64,000 nucleotides of DNA from Candidatus Nomurabacteria bacterium (GTDB lineage Bacteria > Patescibacteriota > Minisyncoccia > Phycocordibacterales > UBA9973). The stretch is taken from positions 69,296 to 133,295 of the forward strand of contig JAPLXQ010000010.1 of NCBI GenBank assembly GCA_026395995.1. The letters are read 5' to 3'. This document shows, one piece after another, positions 1 to 7,331 of this stretch. The notes beneath the pieces are model-generated. The model did no database searches, was not told where the DNA came from, and saw only the letters and a program-made list of their open reading frames with translations. The stretch's first letter is position 1. Each line of letters begins with the position of its first letter. The position numbers and the translations under genes were made by a program.

Positions 1-497
1 ATTTAAGAGAATATTTAAAACAGCATATTCAGACATATAAAAATGAAAAAGAGAACAAAATAATTTTTCCTAAAATTATAGTTTCCCCATATACAGTTGA
101 AATGGTTAGTATCCTTTTGGTTGGTTCTGCTCCTTGTGGAGAGCCACTTTTAGGAGAAAGTAATATTGAAGAAATGATATCAGTTGAAAAAAGTAAAATT
201 AGAGCAGGTGTTCAATATTTTATAGTACGAGCGAGTGGTGATTCTATGAATCTTGCAGGCATCAATGATGGAGATTTAGTTTTATGTCGTTATGCTGAAA
301 AAGGGGAAACAGGAGATCGTGTTGTAGCTTTACTTGGTGGTGAAAATGTAACTATTAAATTTTATGACAAAAAAGATGGACGAAGAATTTTGTTACCAAA
401 AAGTACAAATAAAAGTCACCAGCCAATTATTCCAGAAGAAGGTGATGTTGTTCAGGGTATAGTACAAGAAGTTATTAAATTAATAGACGAAGAGTAA
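1..497 (+). CDS. LexA-like repressor / S24 peptidase, 5-prime partial (reading frame open to window start)
   Basis: The frame of the 102..497 ORF has no stop back to position 3. LexA-like autocleavage region (LLVGSAPCGEPLLGESNIEE) followed by S24 peptidase motifs (GDSMNLAGINDGDLVLC ... VVALL). Confidence 0.55.
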   Translation, partial: LREYLKQHIQTYKNEKENKIIFPKIIVSPYTVEMVSILLVGSAPCGEPLLGESNIEEMISVEKSKIRAGVQYFIVRASGDSMNLAGINDGDLVLCRYAEKGETGDRVVALLGGENVTIKFYDKKDGRRILLPKSTNKSHQPIIPEEGDVVQGIVQEVIKLIDEE

Positions 498-500
498 TTT

Positions 501-1004
501 ATGAATGAAAATCAATTTTCTAAAATAAACAATGAAGAACTATGGCTTTTATATGCTGATGCTGAATTGGAATTAAAAAATCGAGGTCTTGTTAGAACTC
601 GCAACATAGTAGGCGAAAGAGGTGAATTTCTTGCAATAGAAACATATAATTCAATTCCAGGTTTACCAAATCTTCAAGCTGCTCCAGAAGGAACACGAAA
701 TATTGATGCAATTAGTCGCAAAGGAGAAAGATATAGTATTAAAACAGTTTCAGAACCAGGTACAACTACTGGAGTATTCTATGGTATTGAAGAAAAAGGT
801 AATACTACGACTCCTGAAAAAAAGTTTGAGTATGTAATTATAGTTCAAATTTTTAAAAACTATCGTCCAAAAAGAATTATTGAATTAACATGGGAACAAT
901 TTTTGAAACATAAAAAATGGCATTCAACAATGAGGGCATGGAATCTTAGTGTAACAAAAGCTTTATTAGAAGAATCTAAGATTATTTTAGATAATATAAA
1001 ATAA
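501..1004 (+). CDS. hypothetical protein; a weak D...E.K pattern hints at a PD-(D/E)xK nuclease fold
   Basis: 167-aa ORF separated by 4-5 bp from both neighbours (operon-like). No family recognised with confidence. Confidence 0.35.
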   Translation: MNENQFSKINNEELWLLYADAELELKNRGLVRTRNIVGERGEFLAIETYNSIPGLPNLQAAPEGTRNIDAISRKGERYSIKTVSEPGTTTGVFYGIEEKGNTTTPEKKFEYVIIVQIFKNYRPKRIIELTWEQFLKHKKWHSTMRAWNLSVTKALLEESKIILDNIK

Positions 1005-1009
1005 TAAGT

Positions 1010-2542
1010 ATGAAAGTAAAAAAATTACAATTAAAAAATGGATACAAAAGATTTTTTAATCTTACTATTGACTTGGGAGATGACCCTAAAAGAATTATTG
1101 CTTTAGTTGGACCAAATGGTTGTGGTAAAAGTAGTGTTCTTGATGGAATGCTTTTTAAAAACAATGCTTACAAAGCATTAGGTAATAAAGGTCAAAAAAC
1201 GTTTGAATTTCATTCTTTAAATAAAGATCCAGGATTTAATCATACTAGTATCGAGATAGAATTTATAGATGGAAATTTTGAGTTGATTAGAAATTCTAAT
1301 GATTTAATTCAAAAACAAAATACTATATTTTCATTTAGAAGCCCTTATCGATATAATAGTAATCTTAAAGTGTCTCAGTCAAAAGCAACTACTGACATAA
1401 AAGAAAATAACTATGGAGCGACAGCTTCTTCTGATCTTGATGATAAAATGGAGGAAAACTATCGTAGGTTAAATATTAAATATAATAGATATTTAAACGA
1501 ACAAGATTGCACTCCTAGCCAAGCAAAAGCTAAAATTATTGGAGATTTAAATAATTCTTTGGTAAATTGTCTTGATTTAGAAATAAAAAGTATCGGTAAT
1601 ATTGAAGCAGGAGAAGGTACTTTGTATTTTAAAAAAAATGACCACTCAGTTGAATTTGAATTTAACGTCCTTTCTTCTGGTGAAAAAGAAGTTGTAGATA
1701 TTTTACTTGATTTATATTTAAGACAAGATGAGTATGACAATACAGTTTTTTTAATTGATGAGCCTGAACTTCATATTAATACTTCAATTCAAAAAAAGTT
1801 GCTTATTGAAATAAATAAGTTAATTGGGGAAAATTGTCAGATTTGGGTGGCTACGCACAGTATTGGATTTTTAAGAGCGCTACAAGAAGATTTAAAAAAC
1901 GATTGCCAAATTATTGAATTTAAAGAAGATTTGAAGTTAGCATCTGAAATAGTTACTTTGAAACCAATGTCGTTAACAAGATCAAATTGGCAAAATATTT
2001 TTAAAACTGCGCTAGATGATCTATCTACTCTTTTAGCACCTCAAGAGATTATTTATTGTGAGGGTAGTATTAGTAGATCATTAGATGAAAAAATGTTTAA
2101 TGATATTTTTTCATCTAAATATCATAATTCTTTATTTGTATCAAGTTTAGGAAAAGATGATAGTCAAAAATACGCAGGAATAGCATTAACTGTTATTAAT
2201 AAAGCTTTTTCAGGAGTAAAAATTAAAGTCGTTATAGATCGAGATGATAACTTAGAAATTCCTAAAGATGGTACTGTTGAAGTTAGAAAGTTAAAAAGAA
2301 GAGAGTTTGAAAATTATTTATATGATATTGAGATAGTAGAGAAGACTTACCCAAATTTAGTTTTAGAAAAATATAAAGAAATTTGTAAGGACATTACAAA
2401 TGATGATGTTAAATCTAAAACTAAAGAATTTATGGCTTTGTGTGGTGAAACTGATAATAAAACTTTTAGGTTAAATCTTGCCGAAAAATTAACAGAAGAA
2501 ACAGAAGTTTTTAAAGAATTAGAAAGAATTATATTTAACTAA
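1010..2542 (+). CDS. OLD-family ABC-type ATPase with C-terminal Toprim-like domain (overcoming-lysogenization-defect-like nuclease)
   Basis: Walker A LVGPNGCGKSSVLDG and Walker B VFLIDEPELHIN. C-terminal IIYCEGSISRSLDEK ... VVIDRDD resembles a Toprim Glu plus DxD pattern. Confidence 0.55.
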   Translation: MKVKKLQLKNGYKRFFNLTIDLGDDPKRIIALVGPNGCGKSSVLDGMLFKNNAYKALGNKGQKTFEFHSLNKDPGFNHTSIEIEFIDGNFELIRNSNDLIQKQNTIFSFRSPYRYNSNLKVSQSKATTDIKENNYGATASSDLDDKMEENYRRLNIKYNRYLNEQDCTPSQAKAKIIGDLNNSLVNCLDLEIKSIGNIEAGEGTLYFKKNDHSVEFEFNVLSSGEKEVVDILLDLYLRQDEYDNTVFLIDEPELHINTSIQKKLLIEINKLIGENCQIWVATHSIGFLRALQEDLKNDCQIIEFKEDLKLASEIVTLKPMSLTRSNWQNIFKTALDDLSTLLAPQEIIYCEGSISRSLDEKMFNDIFSSKYHNSLFVSSLGKDDSQKYAGIALTVINKAFSGVKIKVVIDRDDNLEIPKDGTVEVRKLKRREFENYLYDIEIVEKTYPNLVLEKYKEICKDITNDDVKSKTKEFMALCGETDNKTFRLNLAEKLTEETEVFKELERIIFN

Positions 2543-2557
2543 ATACAAATCAATCCC

Positions 2558-2785
2558 ATGAAAAACCACATTCACTATCATAAAGACGGGAGCCTGTGGG
2601 GCAAGGGGCAGATGGCGGGGGATGTGATGGAAGGATATTGGGAATGGTTTTGCAAGCCTGTAGCGGGAAAGAAGATCGGCACGAGGATGCGCTCGGGGTA
2701 TTTCAAAAACGGCAAACAAGTCGGCGAGTGGACTACGTATGACAAAACAGGTAAAGTTGTGAAAGTTACGAAAATGAAATCATAA
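2558..2785 (+). CDS. MORN-repeat-variant (YwqK-like) small protein; GC about 50% against a 30% background
   Basis: Repeated G..G.W..Y..G motifs (HKDGSLWGKG, YFKNGKQVGEWTTYDKTGK) and strong local GC elevation. Confidence 0.45.
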   Translation: MKNHIHYHKDGSLWGKGQMAGDVMEGYWEWFCKPVAGKKIGTRMRSGYFKNGKQVGEWTTYDKTGKVVKVTKMKS

Positions 2786-2790
2786 ATAAA

Positions 2791-3057
2791 ATGTCCAACA
2801 AATACGAACAAAAGGCGGAGGTGGAGATTGATCTGCATGGGCACACGATGCTCGAGGCGGGGGAGGTTTTGGATGCTTTGTTTCGAGAGATGAGATACAA
2901 ACATGTCCGCATCATCACTGGTAAAGGCAAGAATAGTGAGAATGGTCCCGTCTTGCCGAACTTTGTGCGAAACTATTTGAATTCCCGCGGGGTACATTAC
3001 AATCAATCCAAACTCCAATCCGGTGGCGAAGGCGCCCTCGAAGTTTTCCTACAATAA
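2791..3057 (+). CDS. Smr-domain protein
   Basis: IDLHGHT and ITGKGKNS motifs typical of the Smr/MutS2 C-terminal domain. Also GC-rich. Confidence 0.55.
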   Translation: MSNKYEQKAEVEIDLHGHTMLEAGEVLDALFREMRYKHVRIITGKGKNSENGPVLPNFVRNYLNSRGVHYNQSKLQSGGEGALEVFLQ

Positions 3058-3191
3058 CGTTTCAAACAATCTAAAATCTCTAATTTCAACCTTTTTATCT
3101 ATTTACCCATTCGTACGAATAGGTAAATGAATACAGTGGTGGTATAATATAGATATTAAAGTATTGTATTAAAAATTTAGTAAAATAAATT

Positions 3192-3458
3192 ATGAAAGAA
3201 AAAGAATACGAGAAAATTTTGAAAGCTTTGGCAAATCATCGTCGACTCAAGATCGTGATTTATCTTAAAGATAAAAAAATAGCGACTGTCGGCGCTCTCG
3301 CTTCCCATATCAAACTATCATTCAAATCAACATCCAAACACCTTACTGTTTTATATTCTGCTGGAATTTTAGAAAAAGAACAAAAGAATCTCTCCATGTT
3401 ATATAGTATCGCTGAACCGTTACCAAAGCTTGCTCGACAAATACTAAATACAATTTAG
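3192..3458 (+). CDS. ArsR/SmtB-family HTH transcriptional regulator
   Basis: [13 protein letters not shown] ... [30 protein letters not shown] winged-helix pattern. A TGGTATAAT -10 lies about 40 bp upstream. Confidence 0.55.
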   Translation: MKEKEYEKILKALANHRRLKIVIYLKDKKIATVGALASHIKLSFKSTSKHLTVLYSAGILEKEQKNLSMLYSIAEPLPKLARQILNTI

Positions 3459-3460
3459 AT

Positions 3461-3724
3461 ATGTACTATTTATATATTTTAAAATGTGCGGATCAGAGTT
3501 TGTATACTGGCATCACGACGGATTTGAAACGTCGGGTGGCGGAGCATAATGGTGAGAAGGGAAATAAACTCGGAGCGAAGTACACGAGTGCTCGTCGGCC
3601 GGTGGAAATGGTTTATTCTAATCGATTTAAAAATCGTTCTAATGCGAGCAAAGAAGAAGCGAGAATTAAAAGTCTGAGTAGGGAAAAGAAACTAGTTTTA
3701 ATAAATAAAAAGAAATCTGTGTAA
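3461..3724 (+). CDS. GIY-YIG nuclease-domain protein
   Basis: [29 protein letters not shown] is the canonical GIY-YIG motif. Confidence 0.7.
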   Translation: MYYLYILKCADQSLYTGITTDLKRRVAEHNGEKGNKLGAKYTSARRPVEMVYSNRFKNRSNASKEEARIKSLSREKKLVLINKKKSV

Positions 3725-3760
3725 GGGGAGTCCTTACACAGATTGTGTTAGAATTGGTGA

Positions 3761-4288
3761 ATGGATTTTAGTTATAATTTAAAAACGAATAGGCGGACGC
3801 GCGGAGTGCGGATCAGTGTCGGCGCTGGTGGAGAGGTGGTGGTGACTAGGTCACCGAGAATATCCATCGTACAAGTGGAAAGCCTTGTCACAAAAAGGGC
3901 GGAATGGATACGAGAGAAGATTGCAGAGATGGAAAAAAGGCCAAAGAAAATACTTGCTCATTTTAGTGTGAAGGAATACAAAGAGTTCAAGGAGCTCACA
4001 AGAGCTTTGGTAGAGGAAAGAATAAAAGTTTTAAATCAGAAATATAAATTTGAAGTAATGAGTATCAGCATTAGGAATCAAAAGACGAGGTGGGGAAGTT
4101 GTAGTGGAAAAAAGAATTTAAATTTTAAGTACAAACTTTTCTTTTTGCCACCCGAACTCTCGGATTATATTATCGTGCATGAATTATGTCATTTAAAAGA
4201 GATGAATCATTCGAAAAGGTTTTGGGATCTAGTCGCTTTGCAAGTGCCGAATCATAAAGAATGTCGAAAACAAATACAATTATATTAA
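3761..4288 (+). CDS. YgjP/DUF45-family metal-dependent hydrolase (HExxH)
   Basis: IIVHELCHLKEMNHSKRFWDLV near the C-terminus. Contains an in-frame 15-bp perfect palindrome GGTGACtaGGTCACC at 3840..3854. Confidence 0.65.
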   Translation: MDFSYNLKTNRRTRGVRISVGAGGEVVVTRSPRISIVQVESLVTKRAEWIREKIAEMEKRPKKILAHFSVKEYKEFKELTRALVEERIKVLNQKYKFEVMSISIRNQKTRWGSCSGKKNLNFKYKLFFLPPELSDYIIVHELCHLKEMNHSKRFWDLVALQVPNHKECRKQIQLY

Positions 4289-4305
4289 TAAAATAAAATA
4301 AAATT

Positions 4306-4785
4306 ATGAATACACATACACATCCGATAGTGGGGCATATACATCTAACAGTTTCTGACCTAGATCGAGCACTTTTGTTTTATCGAGACTTGCTCGGTTT
4401 CGAAGTTTCTGCGCGTTATGGAGACAGTGCAGTTTTTCTCTCTAGTGGTGGATATCATCACCATATTGGATTAAATACTTGGGCAGGCAAGGGTGCAAAG
4501 CCAGCACCTATGGGACACACTGGTATGTATCATGTCGCATTTTTATATCCGACGAGAAAAGCTCTCGCTATCGTTTTGAAAAAATTAATTGATGCAGAAT
4601 ATCCGCTCGAAGGCTCTGCTGATCATGGAGTTTCCGAGGCTGTGTATTTGAGGGACCCAGATAATAACGGAGTCGAGATTTATGTCGATCGTCCGAAAGA
4701 AACTTGGAAAGTTTCAAATGATGGGATGGTAGAAATGGTGACAGAAGTTTTAAACATAGAAGATGTGTTAAACGAGCTTGCATAG
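4306..4785 (+). CDS. VOC/glyoxalase-family protein
   Basis: N-terminal HIHLTVSDLDRALLFYRDLLGFEV and the second βαβββ module are typical of the glyoxalase/bleomycin-resistance/dioxygenase fold. Confidence 0.6.
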   Translation: MNTHTHPIVGHIHLTVSDLDRALLFYRDLLGFEVSARYGDSAVFLSSGGYHHHIGLNTWAGKGAKPAPMGHTGMYHVAFLYPTRKALAIVLKKLIDAEYPLEGSADHGVSEAVYLRDPDNNGVEIYVDRPKETWKVSNDGMVEMVTEVLNIEDVLNELA

Positions 4786-4872
4786 TTTTTTTGTGCTATA
4801 ATAAAAGTATTATTAATTTAATTTAAGAGATATTGTGCTTATTCGACACTGTGCAATATTTCTAAGAATCAA

Positions 4873-4938
4873 ATGTCAAAAGGAGATACGCATCAGCGTA
4901 AAGAAAAAAAGAAACCAAAGAAGGTCGTAGCAAAATAG
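4873..4938 (+). CDS. candidate tiny lysine-rich ORF (MSKGDTHQRKEKKKPKKVVAK) immediately upstream of a strong terminator
   Basis: Lies between a TGCTATAAT promoter at 4798..4806 and the terminator at 4951..4985. Could equally be a small RNA. Confidence 0.2.
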   Translation: MSKGDTHQRKEKKKPKKVVAK

Positions 4939-4950
4939 TTTTTTTGAAAA

Positions 4951-4985
4951 CAGTCCTAGTGAATAACTAGGACTGTTTTTATTTT
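4951..4985 (+). terminator. Rho-independent terminator
   Basis: ACAGTCCTAGTgaataaACTAGGACTGT followed by TTTTTATTTT. Confidence 0.6.
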
Positions 4986-5079
4986 GACGAATGAGGAGCA
5001 ATATAAAAATGTAGTTATTTTTATATTGTCCGAATGATGTCAAAAGAAGCTTAGCTTATTTTGTGAGTTTCTTTTTTTT

Positions 5080-5108
5080 TGACAAAAACTCTTTATTTTG
5101 CTATAGTA
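5080..5108 (+). promoter_or_regulatory. sigma70-like promoter
   Basis: TTGACA, 17-bp spacer, extended -10 TGcTATAGT. Confidence 0.5.
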
Positions 5109-5147
5109 TTTTCAGAAATAATAAGTAAATTAAAAAAAGAAAAAGAA

Positions 5148-5891
5148 ATGGGAAATTCTAAAGTATCAGCAATGAATAGAAAATTTGAAAGATTTTTAAT
5201 GGGACCTCGGGAATCTGAATATCCAAAAGCAAACCCTGAAGAATTATTGGCTCTAAAACAATTTAATTGTTTTCAAAAAATTATTTCAAAATTGTCATAT
5301 AATGGTTTTGAATATGTTGATGAAAAAATAATCAGAAAAAACCATGAAAGATTTGGTTATGTACCACCACCAGTAGCAAGAATAAAAGAAACATTAAAAC
5401 AGGTTTCTTTTCAAAAATGGTATGCTGGAGATATTTGTCTGACTATACATACTTCATTTGATGCAGAAAAAGGGTTGTATGGTGAATTTACAAAAAAGGG
5501 AACTGCTTGGGTTGTAGTTTCAGATGGAGTTACTAATGGAATTTATTTCCAACAAGTTAAACGTCATGTTCTTTTAGAAAATTTTGCAGATCGACTAATT
5601 AAAGCTGCTTTATTTATGGAAAACAGAATCAATGGACGTCCTACTGTTCCGGGTACAAATCAATTGTTTGAAATAAAACAAACGAATTCTGAGACATATT
5701 ATGTTTCTCCGTTAGATAAAAAAGATAAACGTTATTTTTTAAATGGAGAAATTCCAAAAGAATTGAGAAGTTATGCTACAACTCTGTTCAACAGGATTAA
5801 GTACTACCAGAAAAACAGGAAGAAAAATGGTATTAAAAAACGCCAAAGAAAAATTCGTAAAACGTGGACAATAAAACATCCACAAAAGTAA
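5148..5891 (+). CDS. hypothetical protein (basic C-terminus)
   Basis: The ORF-track start at 5079 overlaps the predicted promoter, so the start was moved to the first ATG downstream (MGNSKV). Confidence 0.4.
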   Translation: MGNSKVSAMNRKFERFLMGPRESEYPKANPEELLALKQFNCFQKIISKLSYNGFEYVDEKIIRKNHERFGYVPPPVARIKETLKQVSFQKWYAGDICLTIHTSFDAEKGLYGEFTKKGTAWVVVSDGVTNGIYFQQVKRHVLLENFADRLIKAALFMENRINGRPTVPGTNQLFEIKQTNSETYYVSPLDKKDKRYFLNGEIPKELRSYATTLFNRIKYYQKNRKKNGIKKRQRKIRKTWTIKHPQK

Positions 5892-5895
5892 GTAT

Positions 5896-5923
5896 ACGCA
5901 TGGGAAACTATGCGTTTTTTTAT
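5896..5923 (+). terminator. Rho-independent terminator
   Basis: ACGCATgggaaactATGCGT plus TTTTTTTATT. Confidence 0.55.
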
Positions 5924-6024
5924 TGGTTGTTTTTATCTTTTAGATATAGTATTGTAAAGAAAAATAACTAATACCTTAACAAATGAAAAGTGTGAAAAAT
6001 ACGACATTAAAAACAATGAATCAG

Positions 6025-7070
6025 ATGAAAGTCTGTATTTTTGGAATCCATGGACTAGTAGGTCAAAAGATAATTGAAGTTTTAAATGAAAGGTTCTTTA
6101 AAAATAAAGGTCTTTCAGAAGGTGATTTATCACCTGATAATATTATGCTTGTAGCGACAGATAAGTCGGTCGAAAATGGGGCTCGCTCTCATTTGATCGA
6201 TAGATTTCCTTTGACAAAAGGGTTGCCGATTATCAAAGCTATTGATGCAATTATTAAAAAACCAGATATCGTTCTGATGTCTGCTGGTTCGGAGGCTTCA
6301 AAAAAATGGGCAAAACAATTTGTAGAAGCCGGGTCTTATGTGATTGATAATTCTTCAGCTTGGAGAATGGATGACGATATTTCTTTGGTTATCCCTGGTG
6401 TCGCAGATTGGGGTGTGGGTGGAAGTATCCAACTCATTTCGAATCCAAATTGTGTGGCCATAATGGTAGCGACAGCTATCGCACCTCTGATACCTTTTGA
6501 TATGAGTGTCGTAGCTGTGGTGGCTTTGCAGTCGGCCTCTGGTGCTGGAGCTAAAGGACTTGAAGTTTTAGATTTTGAAGAACAGATGAATGAGAGACTG
6601 GCGACACCAAATGTTTTTCCTGGTAAATTGTACAACAATATTCTTCCGGCTTCAGGAAAATTTTCGAGTGAACTTTATAACGAAGAAGAGGAAAAGGGTA
6701 TTCATGAAATACGAAAAATATTTCGGAAAAATGATTTTAAAATATCTTTTCGATCGTTGAGGTATCCTGTGCCATACGGCCATGTAGCTAGTCTTAGAAT
6801 TAAATTTAAAGAAATTGTTTCTTTGGAAAAAATTCGAAACGCTTTAGCTATTGGTAACAATATTAAATATCAACTCGAACCATTTAATCTTGAAGGTGAT
6901 GTACTTGGTCATAATGAGTGTTTTGTTTTTTTGGGGGGGTGCGCCACGATCGAAACAATCATAAGGTGATTGAGATGATGGTAATGTCTGATAATCTTCG
7001 CCTTGGTGCTGCAGCAAACGCTGTTTCTATTATGGAAAAACTTATTGAAAATAAATTGATTCGTTTTTAA
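6025..7070 (+). CDS. asd: aspartate-semialdehyde dehydrogenase with an apparent frameshift in the homopolymer tract at 6934..6950
   Basis: MKVCIFGIHGLVGQ Rossmann N-terminus and SNPNCVAIMVATAIAPL active-site Cys motif. The ORF ends at 6969, but the conserved Asd C-terminus (VMSDNLRLGAAANAVSIMEKL) continues in another frame to 7070 after the tract. Confidence 0.65.
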
Positions 7071-7074
7071 CAAA

Positions 7075-7106
7075 AAAGCCCTGAACATTCGGGGCTTTTA
7101 TTTTTT
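7075..7106 (+). terminator. Rho-independent terminator after asd
   Basis: AAGCCCtgaacattcGGGGCTT followed by TTATTTTTT. Confidence 0.65.
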
Positions 7107-7129
7107 ATAAATATATAGTAGTATAAATA

Positions 7130-7311
7130 TACGAGCGTTGAAGGGCCCTTCCATGACAGTCAGGACAGGGATATCACCCTGGAGCTTTGGGAAGAAACCT
7201 CTAAAAAGGTAGTAGAACCCATTAAATGAGAAGTAAACAAGGTGGTACCACGATGAGAAACTCGTCCTTGTATAGCAATTTAATTATTGTTGTACGCGGA
7301 CGAGTTTTTTT
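7130..7311 (+). promoter_or_regulatory. T-box riboswitch leader, Ile specifier AUC, upstream of ileS
   Basis: Specifier loop cagggatATCAccctg with AUC at 7173..7175 followed by the conserved purine. T-box sequence AACAAGGTGGTACCACG at 7236..7252 (UGGU bulge to pair tRNA ACCA). Terminator CTCGTCC...GGACGAG plus T7 at 7261..7311. Confidence 0.6.
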
Positions 7312-7331
7312 AATTTTAATTTAATAAATAT

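Noticed and set aside
6336-6638. 100-aa minus-strand ORF inside asd
   Set aside because: Antisense to a conserved enzyme gene. No support.
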